A stretch of DNA of 64,000 nt, taken from the NCBI GenBank assembly GCA_951406725.2, contig OX597823.1:105896001-105960000 (forward strand), read 5' to 3'. Under the pieces are notes generated by a model. It was not told where the DNA came from. It ran no database searches and worked only from the letters and a program-made list of their open reading frames with translations. The first letter of the stretch is position 1. Every line of letters starts with the position of its first letter. This DNA comes from Octopus vulgaris (lineage: Eukaryota). This document shows positions 41,813-56,090 of this stretch, in pieces. Made by a program: the position numbers and the translations under genes.

Positions 41813-43188
41813 GAATTCAAAAATAATGTCAAATTATCTGCATCACCCACAGTTTCTTTGTGCCACGATATCCCTCTCAGTTCCTGTTACGTGGGCTAAG
41901 TTTCAGTTAAGCTGTTGAAATGTGAAGCTAACGGTTTAAGAAATAACCCTAATTTACATTTTTATGAATAGAATTAACTTAGTGAAATCAAAAATATATG
42001 AAATGAAAAACATGTAAAAATACTAACACACAGAAAAAACACAGAAAAATACTAACACACGGAAGCACAGAAATAATATGTAATATACTAACACACAGAA
42101 AACTTACAATAAAACTCGTGGGTGAAATCAACATAGACAACAGCGACACAGACAACAGTGAACCACAACACAGTTTACAGTTGTCATAGTAACAAGCTGC
42201 TAATGCCACGCTGTCTGTTGATTGGCTAAAATTACCCAAACTTCCCAACTTCAATTCAAAATAACATCAGATTCTTTAATTTACGAGATAAAGTAATTGG
42301 TTGATAATAATTAAAATTCAGAGTTGCATTGATTCACCAAAACTGAAAGCAATCTGGGCAAAATAAAGAGGGGCTCATTTTGCGAATGAGAAAGACTAGA
42401 TCCGCATTATGAAATAAAGTGTCTTGTCCATGAATACAATTTACAGCCTGTTCCCGGAATCGAACTCAGTACCTTATGATTGGGAGCCCGACGCTCTAAC
42501 CACCAAGCTATGCGCCTTCACAATTACAAACCTTCTACAATTACAAACGTACTTAAAGTATGTGAAACTTCGGCAACCGTTACCATTCCTACGCCACCTT
42601 TACCACCCCTGCAACACCGCTGCCATTACCCGTTTAACATATGGAGGAAAAAATCAACAAAACAACAGCAATAAAAGAGACCAAAAAACCTAAATAAAAG
42701 TGAAAAAAAGAACAACGACAACAACACAACATAAACAGTCAGTATAAAAAAATATAAAATCTAAATCTATTTCGCCCATAGGAAGATATTGTTGCTCCGT
42801 CCGAACAGGAGGTGAGCAGTGGAAAAAAAATCACACCAAATATAGCATATGACCTTTTAAAATTAAGTACGTTGCCTTTTTAGTTCCTAAAATAAATACC
42901 CTATGAAGCTATGTCAATGAGAAACTTCTGTACTAATTTTATTTTGATTCGGCCAAAATAACCATCCGTTTGTCGAAGAGAGAATGATAGGACCTATCCT
43001 TTAAGGGCTGATAACCACCGGATGAACTAGTTCAGTTTTGAGTGTGTTCGCTGTTTATATTGCTAATTTTTTTTCTAGGTCAGTCTTAAGTTCAAAAGTT
43101 CAAAGTGATGACTTCATTAAAAGTTTTGTCTATTATTATTTTTATCATTAGATTTTATTGTTCTATTTGTACTCCTCCTCTTCTTCCA

Positions 43189-43221
<33 letters not shown>

Positions 43222-43387
43222 TATGATTATTATTATTGTTTGTGACACGAATGCTTCTATTATTTTTCGTTTTGTTCTTGCTTGATTCACTTCAAAGAAA
43301 GCCGAAATAAAATGAAGTCCTTCCGCCGAAACTTAGTCACTAGCAATAATTCATAATAGTTTGAAACCCTTAAAAATTTTGAAATGT

Positions 43388-43424
<37 letters not shown>

Positions 43425-43616
43425 TACATACACACACACACACGTATGTATATCTATGTATATGTGTATATATGTATACACACAGTTATATATTATTCAT
43501 GTATGTATAAGACGGTGCTCAAGCACGGCTACAATCAAATGTGCGAAACAAGTAAAAGAATAAAAGAAACAGTATATACATACGTATATATACAGTATAT
43601 GTATACGTATGCATGC

Positions 43617-43674
<58 letters not shown>

Positions 43675-43799
43675 ATTAGTAACACGGATTCAAAACAATC
43701 AAACAGATATCACATTAAGCTATTTGCCAAGTGCATGGCTGACGAGAATGACCATGGTTAAGGTTAGGATAAACCTTAGCGTCGTTCTGAAAATCCAGG

Positions 43800-44190
43800 A
43801 AATAGAACGGTAGACAATTTATATACAGACAGAGCAGATAGGAAAATACTTTCATGTATTCTAGGTTGATATCAGAAAGTTATAATTGGCTTCGCGTCTA
43901 TATTGAACTGGGCACTCATCAAACATGCTGGTTGGAATCACATGGTTTCTTTATTGATAGAGATAAATATACAGTTTTGATCGGTTTGGTGGAGAAGGAA
44001 ACCCAAAGGAATAAAAAAAAAAGGAAATATTTCTGGGAGGGGAAAGAAGAGTTGCCTCACCTTGTACGATTCCAGTGGAGGCCTAAAATCGTCAGCTGCG
44101 TCTACAGCGAAAGGACACACATACCGAAATACGGTGGAGCAACAGTGGGTCAATTTAGGGCCAGTATAAATAACCGCCTTACACTTTTAG
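43800..44190 (+). mobile_element. Possible degenerate RTE LINE 3' region
   Basis: Weak L.W.GH, G.R..GKPK and FRA.I-like remnants; the 147-aa ORF here is not a credible gene. Confidence 0.3.
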
Positions 44191-45194
44191 GGTCCATGAA
44201 AAGCACACTGTTACAACATTATCCAGGTATATATGGAAGCTGCTGGAACAATCTGGGTCATGCTTCAACAGGAGCAAACGGTGCAAACTGTGCTTAGCCC
44301 GAAACGAAAATGATTCTACAAATCGCACGATCTGGGCGATTTCTTGAATACAAAAGGTGAAAATTTTAGCTGTTGCGCACATGAAAGAAAATTCGTTTAG
44401 GAAATGTGGGCGTTTGCGGACTAGAGAACGGAAAAAACGTACACGTGCACTATAGACTCACTTCGATCACAGCTGGATTAGTATAAGGGTGGGGTAACTC
44501 TTCTTTCCATTACAGAAAGAATTATTCCGTTTCGGTTCTATTTTTCACCATCAACCTGACAAAGGCCGTGCAGTGATCGCCATCAGTACAGAGGTTATGT
44601 GCTTTCGGTCATATCTGATCAGTTGTCAATATTGTCCAGTGCAATAAGAGATGCGAATTCAATGGTAACTTTCTGATTGTTTACATTAGATAACCAAGGA
44701 TATATTACTAGAATACCGGAGGTACAGTAGTATGCTTTATTAAAAAAAGCAGCAAAGATATCCGAAAAACTGTTACTCAGAGTATGCATACATACATAGA
44801 AACATACATACATACATGAATATATATATATATATTTATATATAGGTAAACGTTAAAAAAACACAAACTGGGACAAGAACGTGAAACATTTTGAAGACGG
44901 CAAAAAAACACACAGACGGGACTTTCGAAGCTCTCAGTCATCAGTCAAGAACCAGATCATCTTCGCAATTTTGGCTGATTAATCTTGAGATTGCTCCAAT
45001 CTGGGCAGCCAACCAAGGGAAATCTAAGCCAATCGCATTAGATTCCTTGGAAGAAAACCTCGAAAGTATACAACACGGTGACGGAAAAACGGACGATGTT
45101 ACTCGAAAAAAAAAAATTCAAAAATACGTAAAAACAATAAAGAAAGCACGGATAAAAATACAAAATAACGTAAAAACAATCATAACAAAACCAG

Positions 45195-45259
<65 letters not shown>

Positions 45260-45399
45260 ATACGTATATATAAGCACATGTATATATGTATATACATATA
45301 TATTTACATATATATATACATACATTACTTTCTCTCTTTTTGAGATTTGATGATTGGTGTATAAATCGAAGAATGTAAGGTTTCTTGTATTATTCTTTA

Positions 45400-46020
45400 C
45401 TATAAATAGACAATTCATGTTTGTGTCTTGACCCTCGTTGTGAAGATTTCTCCGTAAGAGACTGGAATTTCTTTTATCTTGATTATGGCATGATTTTCTA
45501 AAAATTTCGAGTATTATTTTTCTGAGGGAATATTTTTTATTTTACAAGTCGTCACTCGTCTACTTGAATCCCTTAATATTGAATATATATGTCTTGCCAT
45601 ATTAAATGCGGTATTCAGTTTAATATGGGATGGGAGTTAAGATCTGACATCTTAGCGTGTATCCATTTCCTTGAATTTGAGATTGTAACAGTCTCAATTT
45701 TTGTATTTACCAAAATGTGAATTCGGTTAATTTATAAATGCGCTTTATTAATTTCAGGACTTATGTAAGTTATTTCTTACTTCTGTCCGAAAATATGAAG
45801 TCATCCAAAAATGTTTTCCAGTATTGTTTAAATAGGATTGGAAATGTTCACCATAAGTTATCCCAAATTGGGCATGAGTTTTTCTTCAAGGAATCCCATC
45901 AGTTGTATTGCAAACGTTGGTGAAACTGTCGTGTTCATTGCCGTTACTTATAATTGAAGAAATAATTGGTTATTAAAGAAGCTGTTTCCAAGCACCAATT
46001 CTGGTATAAATTCATTTGGC
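45400..46020 (-). pseudogene. Penelope-like element reverse transcriptase relic
   Basis: Degenerate, frameshifted motifs in the expected order on the minus strand: NS-F-FNN..F-L-Q..TAM, TFLDDFIF, IET...K..D, HP.HIK.N-PFNMAR. Confidence 0.6.
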
Positions 46021-46151
46021 AATATGTGTCGACATATGTGTATGTTTGTGTGTGGGGGTGGGTCTTTAAAATTAAGATGGGAATACATCGTTAAAAATGA
46101 TGGAAAATATATTGGTGCAAAAATCAAGCCATTTTATGAACTCAAAAATAA

Positions 46152-46548
46152 TTTTTCTACTCTAGGGACAAGGCCCGAAATTTCTAGAGAGGAGGCTAGT
46201 CAATTAGATCGACCCTAGTACGCAACTGGTGCTTAATTTATCGACCCTGAAAAGGATGAAAGGCAAAGTCGACCTCGGCAGAATTTGAACTCAGAACGTA
46301 ACGACAAACGAAATACCTATTTCTTTACTACCCACAAGGGGCTAAACACAGAGAGGACAAACAAGGATAGACAAACGGATTAAATCGATTATATCGACCC
46401 CAGTGCGTAACTGGTACTTATTTAATCGACCCCGAAAGGATGAAAGGCAAAGTTGACCTCGGTGGAATTTGAACTCAGAACGTAACGGCAAACAAAATGC
46501 CGCTAAGCATTTCGCCCGGCGTGCTAACGTTTCTGCCAGGTCACCGCC
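46152..46548 (-). mobile_element. Family A SINE dimer (full copy plus truncated copy with alternative tail)
   Basis: Junction cgaaata|cctatttctttactaccc at about 46316, the same junction as at about 1028. Confidence 0.88.
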
Positions 46549-47967
46549 TTTTATTAGGCAATCAAAACATCAGTTAGGGGCATCATTTCTCGGTGCTTTC
46601 CCAACAAACAAATCACACCGCTTTATTGCCCTTCTCTCATTGTACGTTTTGGCATTCTATCAAATCTACTGACACTTAAATTCTTCATTTCCTACTTATT
46701 ATAAATTTCAAGATGACATCATCCATAATCATAGTAAATCCAGCAAGCTCTTCCTTCAAACTTTGAAACTTTTGTATTACTACAGCGTTCTTCTCCGCTG
46801 ACCTAGATTCTTCAAAGAACTTCCGAACTATAGTAACAGTTTTCCAAACAAATCAATAAATGAATGCTAAGTGACCACCAGTAATCTTTTACAAACTTAT
46901 CCGGATTAGCATCTAGCGCACTGAAAATATTATTAAATGATTACTGCAGGTATGGCAGCTTGAAAATTGCTGTTACCGCCTGCTGCATCAGCTGCGGAAT
47001 AGATGCCCTACTTCGAAGAAAGTGAGTTGCGTTCACGTCAAGTTTCGCTTGAAATTCATTGAAATTTGAAGGATAAGTAAATGTGTTATCAAATAGGAAC
47101 CACATCTCTTCGTGGCAGTTCACAGAGCTGAAGTTATACATAACAATGCAATTCCCGTGTGATTAACGGTGTTCTAATCCCGATCATCTTCCCTGTATTT
47201 TTCTTTTGAGCCAGAGATCTACGTAAGTCACTGCATCAATCCCTTTGCGATATGAAGGAAATTTGGTTCATATTTTTAGCAGGTCGAATAAACTTCAATG
47301 CCTAAAGATAAAGACAGTTCTAATACATCTCGAACTCCAACTCTCTGGAATGAAGCAGAGTATGAAAAATGCACAACTATTCGTATTGTTTTCTTTTTTT
47401 TGACAGACCTTTGATCTTACTATTTAGACGAAAGACCAAATGCACCACCGTAACGACAGTTAAACCTGAGTGATCTTTGCCTATAGTATTTTAATTTCTA
47501 ATATCTCCATAGGGAAAGTTTACCTACTAATTGTATAGATAATCTTAGTTTACCGAAACTTTCCAACTCGCTGTATTATATATATAAAGCGCTGCTACAT
47601 ATGTATTTAGTATGCAGAACGCTCCGTTAAAGTATTTTCTGTCAGCCATATTGTTGATATTTTGTCAATAACCACACTTAGCATTGTAACTAACCAGGAG
47701 TAAAGTAACACAGGACAACATTGATTTTCTGTTAGATATCCTGAAGATAAGGTCAGGCAACTTTAAAATGTCGATAATACATTCACTTTTAATAACAACA
47801 GGAAGGTAAATATGAAAATTTACAAATAAAATACAGAGAAAAAAAATCAACCGATCAAAGTAGTTATATACTGAACGTTATGAAGTAATTCATTTCTTTC
47901 TCCCTTTTACTCCCTCAGTGAGTCACTCTCCCACGTTTCTTTCCTTCTTTCCTTCTTTCTTTGTTTG

Positions 47968-48049
<82 letters not shown>

Positions 48050-48145
48050 CTCATTTCAAACGGACTGACTCACATGGACACACTCTCATATACATTTACT
48101 TATATTTCCATATATGTAACGAAGATTAACTTTCACACGCATGTA

Positions 48146-48205
48146 CATACATACGCACACATATATAGATGCATATATGCTTATACATGTAAGTATATAT
48201 ATGTA

Positions 48206-48287
<82 letters not shown>

Positions 48288-48546
48288 TGTATGTATGTAT
48301 GTATGTATGTTTGTATTTATGTATGAATGTGTGGGTGTGAGTGTGTGAGTGCGTGTGTGTGTTTATCTACACAAATATACATATATAGATTTATGTATAT
48401 AGAAAGTTCATGTGTGTCCGAGTATATGTGCATATGCATACCTACCTACCTACCTACCTACATACATACATACGCACACATATATACATGCATATATGCT
48501 TATACATGTAAGTATATATATGTATGTATATATATATATATAATAA

Positions 48547-48595
<49 letters not shown>

Positions 48596-48770
48596 TGTAT
48601 GTATGTATGTATGAATGTGTGGGTGTGAGTGTGTGAGTGCGTATGTGTGTTTATCTACACAAATATACATATATAAATTTATGTATAAAGAACGTGCATG
48701 TGTGTCCGAGTATATGTGCATATGCATACCTACCTACCTACCTACATACATACATACATACATACCTACA
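48146..48770. repeat. Tandem duplication of a roughly 300-bp microsatellite mosaic
   Basis: gcttatacatgtaagt, gaatgtgtgggtgtgagtgtgtgagtgcgt and catgtgtgtccgagtatatgtgc each occur twice in order. Confidence 0.85.
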
Positions 48771-49357
48771 TACAAACAAACACATTCGCGTGCACACACT
48801 TTGTCACGCACATTCATATAAAACGATATACCACCATTGAAATTCGTAAGTGTCATGCCTGGTGGTATTCTGAGTTCGATGGAAGTTGATCACGCAAACT
48901 AGCATAGATAATATTGAAGAATACAGACATACACTATTACACACACATACACACACGTGCACACACATTCGTGTGTGTGCGTGTGTGATGCATACATGTA
49001 TGTATGTATTTGAACTGTCATCATGGTATATAACCGCCATCTTTAAATCACCAAATTATACAAGAAAAAAATAGTAGTTTGCATTATTTGCCCTGAAATG
49101 CTGTTTAGAACAACCGCCGGCTATATTTTCGTTCAAACCCACGGGCTATCCATGGACTTCCCGGTAGTTTCAACCTTTGTCAAGGATTGTGTGAATTATG
49201 TAAAGATTAAGATACACGACCAGAAGAAATAAAAGAAAAGAAACTCACGTTTCACCCCAGGCAGGTGGACAACATGTTTGTCATCAGCAAAACTCAGGTG
49301 AGGTTAAATATCTCTCAAATGTATAAATATATATACGCACACAAGCAACCACTCACA

Positions 49358-49408
<51 letters not shown>

Positions 49409-49519
49409 TTTATTCAATGCTGAATTTGACATGAGAGTGGGTACTGAAATTTCGCGGTACTGCTTCATGAGGCGATTCACTCAGATTCATGTTCGAATAA
49501 ATTTTCCATATATCTATAT

Positions 49520-49748
49520 GTTTCTATATTACCCACAAGGGACTAAACATAAGAGGGGACAAACAAGGACAGACAAGCGGATTAAGTCGACTACATCGAT
49601 CCCAGTGCGTAACTGGTGCTTAATTTATCGACCCCGAAACGATGAAAGGCAAAGTCGACCTCGGCAGAATTTGAACTCAGAACGTAGCGACGGGCAAAAT
49701 ACCGCGAAGCACTTCGCCCGGCGTGCTAACGTCTCTGCCAGCTCGCCT
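49520..49748 (-). mobile_element. SINE family A, full length
   Basis: Reverse complement of the consensus seen in the other copies. Confidence 0.88.
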
Positions 49749-49827
<79 letters not shown>

Positions 49828-50682
49828 GTGTGTGTGTGTTTTTCATTGAAATTTTTCATTATTTTTACATTGAGATTTACTAAAGTTCTTAATTGAGTTC
49901 AAAGCGGTCGCTAAGAAAGTAGCAAGACTTTTTCAATTAAGGCAGTTCCCAGTGTTTGTAAATATGTAGTTGAGTGTACATATATGTAGGTGTATACATT
50001 ACAATTATGTTCAATGTGTTTATGTCTCTTTAGTACTTAGATGTTTGTGTGCGTGTGTTCGTGAGCATCATAGCTTTTTACATACGTGCCTTTGTCGATG
50101 TAAACAACCAAGTGAATTCATATATCCATTTAAAGAATCGCAAGTAGAGAATCATTGGAATGTACAGATTTTTTCTGTATCTCTCATAAATTGGATTTGG
50201 AAGATATGCGTCTATTCTTTTATACTCTTTCTTTGAAAATCAGAGTATTTCCAGTTTTTGGTAGAAGTCCGTAGTTATATAGTTTAATGCGCCTTTGACG
50301 ATAGGTAGAAATGAAAATTTATAGTCTAGATACAAGAGCTGTATGGTCCGCCATTAGTTTACTATAAATGTTCTCGTAACTTTTGATGGTACATTCACAT
50401 CCGCAAGTAATCTGGCCCCTACACTAGTGCAACACTTTTAGTTGTGATGTGTTTGTCCCGAAATATAATTTTTAGTGGAATATTCCACTAATATTCCTTG
50501 TTTTTAAAGGTGTAAATACATTCTGGTTGTAACGTGCCTTTGATGTATCATTTAGAACAATCCTACCTAGTATTATAAACAGTTTTTGCAACTATATTAT
50601 GCGTCAAGTGTAGGTAGCGTCTTGTAGACATTTTAGGGCCACTACCCATGATGTGGGTATCTTCTACTCATGATGTGGAGAA

Positions 50683-50914
50683 GCGGCAAGCTGGCAGAAA
50701 CGTTAGCACGCCGGGCGAAATGCGTAGCCGTATTTCGTCTGCCGTTACGTTCTGAGTTCAAATTCCGCCGAGGTCGACTTTGCCTTTCATCCTTTCGGGG
50801 TCGATAAATTAAGTACCAGTTACGCACTGGTGTCGATGGAATCGACTTAATCCGTGTGTCTGTCCTTGTTTGTCCTCTCTGTGTTTAGCCCCTTGTGGGT
50901 AGTAAAGAAATAGG
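50683..50914 (+). mobile_element. SINE family A, full length
   Basis: Flanking duplication ggtatcttcta at 50656-50666 and 50913-50923. Confidence 0.9.
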
Positions 50915-50919
50915 TATCT

Positions 50920-51210
50920 TCTAGCCGGTTTAATATAACCGACATTTACTGTCAAAACGTGGAGGTTTCGTGGTACATTTGTCTTCCTTGTTCGTCGGGT
51001 ATTAAGTAGTTCTCTCCTGTTTCTGAATAGCCAATACGTTTTTCTCTAGGTGTGGTGTAATATATCTACCGCAGATCCAGTAGAAGCTTCTTTTCTGGTC
51101 AATGCTGTTGTTATTCTCTACCTTACAGGATATATAACCGCAAGCTAGAGGATAACAGAGGATGCATTGCTGTCTGTTGGTATGATGTGTGTTTCTCTTC
51201 CATATATCTT
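50920..51210 (-). pseudogene. Possible Penelope GIY-YIG endonuclease relic
   Basis: Degenerate VIY.CKVENNN...TGS pattern on the minus strand; heavily decayed. Confidence 0.3.
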
Positions 51211-51319
51211 TTTATATAGGTCATTCCAACTTCTTTGGGTCAAGTGAGTCAGTTATATACTCAGAGTATCTGCTCAGAAGTTCTAACCCTACACTAAAGA
51301 TTTCGTTTTCAATCACGTA

Positions 51320-51525
51320 AGAGACGTTAACACGCCGGACGAAATGCATAACGACCTTTCGTCCGTCCTTACGTTCCGAGTTCAAATTTCGCTGAAGTTC
51401 ATTTTGCTGTTCATCCTTTCGGGGTCGATAAAAATAAGTACCAGTTGTGTACTGGGATCGATGTAAATGACTTACCCCCCTCCCACCCCAAAATTTCTGG
51501 CTTTGTGCCAAAATTTGAAACCTAT
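51320..51525 (+). mobile_element. Degenerate family A SINE (alternative tail)
   Basis: ttcatcctttcggggtcgataaaaataagtacc. Confidence 0.75.
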
Positions 51526-52348
51526 ATTACAAGGATATTGCCATGATGATGGATCCGGAGAATCAGTAGATCGTCGAAGAAATGCATAGTTACCGATCTT
51601 GATATTCTGAGTTGACACCCTACCAAAATCAGCAACTTTGCCCTTCATCACCCCGTGGAATAAAGGGGTATTGATATTGACGAAACTCTCTCCTAAAAAA
51701 TAACCAACAGTTCCTTTCAGCAAAGTTTGAGCCTTTGTGCCTCTCCAATAAATCACTATTACAATACTATTGTATCACCGTTGAATAAAATAATTCCAAT
51801 TAAGTGACATTAAGAGAATAAACTGAAGTACCTAATTCAATGGTGCATCACCTCAGCTGCACCGGGAATCGAACCCACGGCCAAACATGAACCAAACACA
51901 CTAACAACTAGGCCATGCGACTTTACATACATACATACATACATACATAGGAACATAAACATATTTATGACAATAATTAATCTTAAGAATATAAATAATT
52001 ATAAATTAGCGTCTTTAAATACAAATATATAGAGACAGAAGGCTCTCAGAGTCGTTATAGAGGCCTAAAAACACACATGTAAGCACAGCCTCACACACAT
52101 ATATCTAAATATCGACACACACGCACGTAGGTCGCTCAATTGAGTTAAAAGTCAATCAGTTCTCCTTAAGTGTCACTCTTCAAGTACAACTATGCTCGAT
52201 GACTAAATTACACCAATTAAGACGGCGAAAAGTCAATCTATATTGATTAGCAATTTTAACAACCTTCTCGCAATCTGGCGGTGGACAACTTGAGGACAAT
52301 TCTCACTACAAGTAGGTCAAGTTCAGAGCCAAGTAGAGTGCTATATAA

Positions 52349-52402
<54 letters not shown>

Positions 52403-52519
52403 GTTATTATTATTATCATTATTATTAGTAGTATTAGTAGTATTACAATTATTGTTATTGTTGTTGTTCGTGTTGTTCTTCTTCGCCCTTATGGCAAATA
52501 AATGAAATCATTATTATTA

Positions 52520-52568
<49 letters not shown>

Positions 52569-53029
52569 CATTATTATTATTATTATTATTATTATTACAC
52601 AGAAATGGTGAGAAGAGACAATTGATATGGAGGACTGGGCGTCCGTATATGTGTATGTATGTCTGTTTGTGTGTAAAGGTGAGTGTGTATCCATGATTTA
52701 GAGCATGCGTGAGTATGCACGCATCGGTATGTTTGGATGTGTGCACGGAAGCGTGTGTGTGTGTGTGTGTGTGTATGTGTGTGTGCGTGCGTGTGTGTGC
52801 CTGTCTGTGTATGTATACATGTATGTATAGATGTTTTATCTATTTTCAATTAGTTCAATTCTCCCTTTAAGGTAAGAAATGGTCTCTAACAACAAAGATA
52901 CAAAGACCCATCATTGGAATTGCTATATGTTCTGAATGGAATATTCCGCCAACATACCTTCTTGTGTTGATATTTATCTATGTATTCAATAACAGTTGTG
53001 TTGCTCCATATTTATCCTATACATACAAA

Positions 53030-53061
<32 letters not shown>

Positions 53062-53329
53062 TGTGTATGTGTGTGTATTGAGTATCATTGTCATCTCTTG
53101 CGTGTATGCATGGTATGTTACATATACCTTCCATCATAATGCTTCAAATTTCATAATTGCATGTTTATTTAAAGCTATGAATTTATAATCTATCTATCTA
53201 TCTATATATTTATATTTAACTTGTCTCTCCCTCTCTCTCATTCTTCACTCTCTCTCTTTCTCCCTCTGTCATTCTTCATGGTTTCCTCACAACCATTCCC
53301 CTTTCTTCTCTCCCTTCCTCTTGCTCCTC

Positions 53330-53908
53330 CTCCTCCTTCCTGTCGTTGACCTGCGACGAGACTTCCGCTACTGTCTTTTGTGGCTTGACCTCCTCAAGGT
53401 GTGGACGGCAATTCTTTTTGCTCCGTTCGTCGTTCACAAAAAATCAGCGTTCGTAATACCTTTTTTCGTTCGGCGTTAACAGCCCTTCTTATCTTGTTAT
53501 TCCTTGTCCTGTCTTTTACTGCTTATATTTTGTACTGTCGTTACTGTCCTGTTTTTGTTACCATTTTTACCCCTCTGCAAAAAGATCTCAAATTTTAATT
53601 GATTTGCTTTTCGCAGGAAGGAAAGTTTCTTATTCGAAGATACGTCTCGCCTTCACCTTCGAAACGTAGAGTAGATGAAACCATGGCGACTGAAGAAGGG
53701 GTTTTTTCTTTGTGTTAATTGTCCTGTACTCTATTTTTTTGTTGTTTAAAAACATGTCCAGTTCCTTGGGTTTGTGTCTATGTTTTCGTTTCTCATTGTG
53801 TTCGACGATTTTTTTGGTGTCCTGTACTCATATATGCGTATATATATACATGTAGAGGTAGGTACGTACATATATGTTTATATATATGCATATGTTTTAT
53901 TTATTAAT
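53330..53908 (+). mobile_element. Dispersed repeat (pLTR-like), copy 2
   Basis: Shares e.g. gcaaaaagatctcaaatttt and gagtagatgaaaccatggcgactgaagaagggg with 28139-28730 in the opposite orientation. Confidence 0.75.
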
Positions 53909-53917
53909 ATATATATA

Positions 53918-54130
53918 CCTTTTCTACTATAGGCACAAGGCCTGAAATTTTGGGGAAGGGCTAAGTCGATCGCATCGACCCCACTACTCAACTGGTACTT
54001 AATTTATCGACCTCGAAAGGATGGAAGGCAAAGTCGACCTCGGCGGAATTTGAACTCAGAACGCAGCGGCAGACGAAATACCGCTAAGCATTTTGTCCTG
54101 TGTGCTATCGGTTCTGCCAGCTCACCGCCT
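53918..54130 (-). mobile_element. Family A SINE (alternative tail)
   Basis: ggcaaagtcgacctcggcggaatttgaactcagaacg...ctgccagctcaccgcc. Confidence 0.85.
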
Positions 54131-54147
54131 TATATATATATATATAT

Positions 54148-54420
54148 AGGGAGAATTCACGAAAAAAAACCCCCAAAAGACGAAGGCAGTTGGTGTAGAC
54201 AACAAACAGATGTATTAGTTTAACACTCAGGAAGTGGAAAAGTCTTCAATGTTTCAAGCCTACCCTCTCCCACAGGAAGGAACGCAGAAAGAAATAGGGA
54301 GTGAAAATAAAGAATGTGCAGTGGCTAGCGATCTATCATGGCGAATGCCGGACAGAGGGGTCACACAGGAGAGCCAGAAACAAGGGAAGATAAAGTAATG
54401 GTGATCCCAAAATGAAGGTG
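54148..54420 (-). mobile_element. Dispersed repeat related to 28720-28900 (pLTR-like module)
   Basis: Shared motifs ggtgtaga(a/c)aacaaac, ctcaggaa, gtttcaagcctac and gtggcta(c/g)cgatctatcatggcga. Confidence 0.55.
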
Positions 54421-55036
54421 CGCGTGCGTGTGTATAAGAGAGCATGTTTGTGCGTGTGGAAGAGGGCTGGTGACATTGACCTCTGCGTGTGTGCATGTGT
54501 AGGTGTGTGGATGATGGTGAGGAGCTGGAAAGTGGTCAGTGCTAGTGTGTGTGTGGTGGTGTGATGTTGTGTGGTGTGTGGTATGGTGGTGTGTGGTGTG
54601 GTGGTTTGTGATTGTGTTGGGTTGTAGGGGAGGTGAGAGTGGGGAAAACAAGGCTGGGGTGTGGGTTAGGCTGAGGGTGGAGGTAGAGGTGGGGTGTGTT
54701 GGATTGGGTGTAAGGGATGGGATGAATAGGGAAGGTGGGGTTGATTTGTGTAGGGGTGGGGTTAAATATATAAAGTAAACGTAAGATCCAAGGAAGAGAG
54801 TAAGCCTCGAGTAATTCGTAGTAGTAGTTTGATGAAGGTATCTCTGGCTCGATGAGTAGCTAGCGGATTACTCCTCGTTTGGATAAGTACTACCTCCGAG
54901 TTTCTGCTAACAATGAAAGATATATAGATTGGATTTTATCAACTCCATTCCCTTATCTTGGATTTCTATACATACATACATACATACATACATACATACA
55001 TACATACGTGTGTGTGTGTGTGTATGTGTGTGTATA

Positions 55037-55883
55037 TAAAGGGTGCTGTGAATAAATAGTCGTCCAAATTACGCAAAAAAATGAAAATAACACTGACATC
55101 TGAGTTTAAGAGGTATATTTACCAAAATTACTTTAAGATATCTTGAAGTACTAAAGAGTAAATTTATTCAATAAAATCGCCATTGGATTCAACTACGGCC
55201 TCTTGATGATTTCGGAATCTCCGACAACTTTTCTAGTTGATGAATACCTCTATAATCCTTGCCTCAGTTCATCTTTGGTGTTAGGAGTGTTGTTGGTCTC
55301 TCGCTCAACTGTACCCGCACATAATAATCAAGAGAGTTACAGTCCGGGTAGTTAGGTGGCCAGATGTTAGGGGTGATGTGGTTTTAGAGATTATCAGATA
55401 CCCATGACTGGGTTCTCCTGCTTGCGTAGCATGGTGTAGTGCCCTGTTGCCAGACATAGGGTTTTCCAGCAGCCACCCTCTTGACCTAGAGCTGCACTAC
55501 TCCTCCAGGCACTTGATATAAGCCTCTGTGTTGAGTCTGAGTGGGAACATGAATGAAAACATAACGTCGCCATCACTAGTGATCACTCCAAACACCATGA
55601 TGTTGACTGGATGTTTGGTTTTTATACTCTTTGTAGATGTTTTGGGGACACGGCAAGCCAACGAGTGTTCATCTGTTCGTATAGGAGCTTCCAGCACGAA
55701 TGCCAAGCAGTACAGCATGACGTTTCTAAATTTCTGACAGACAGAATTGCGTCATGGTGCTGTTTATTTCACAGACGGTGCCCAACTGACCCGCCTATAC
55801 TGCGTAGTCGCTAAAATCAAGAACAAAGAATGTGCATGCGCGAAATTAAAAGCATAAGATGGGGACAATTTACCGATCACATC

Positions 55884-55888
<5 letters not shown>
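55037..55888 (-). mobile_element. Tc1/mariner superfamily (maT/DD37D-like) element, internally deleted
   Basis: KTKHPVNIMVFGVITSDG, LNTEAYIKCLEE and IWPPNYPDCNSLDYYV. Degenerate TIRs tataaagggtg... and ...catcctgtata sit in a TA context. Confidence 0.8.
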
Positions 55889-55960
<72 letters not shown>

Positions 55961-55970
55961 CATGTACATA

Positions 55971-56028
<58 letters not shown>

Positions 56029-56090
56029 ATTATATATATATTGAAATAAATATATATATATATATATATATATAATAAATAAATATATAA

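Noticed and set aside
42440-42518. tRNA-like sequence on the minus strand (also 33845-33900 and 51850-51920)
   Set aside because: A and B boxes are present, but there is no acceptor or anticodon stem and the sequence continues into a SINE body.
43854-44297. 147-aa non-repetitive ORF
   Set aside because: No recognisable domain; more consistent with chance or a decayed LINE.
44915-44950. Minus-strand CTGATGA...GAAAGTC
   Set aside because: I could not build convincing stems I, II or III.
46560-47200. Possible L1/Tx1-type RT relic on the minus strand
   Set aside because: The motifs are too degenerate to call by eye.
49244-49290. Minus-strand CTGATGA...GAAACGTG
   Set aside because: The triplet would be GUG (non-cleavable) and there is no stem I.
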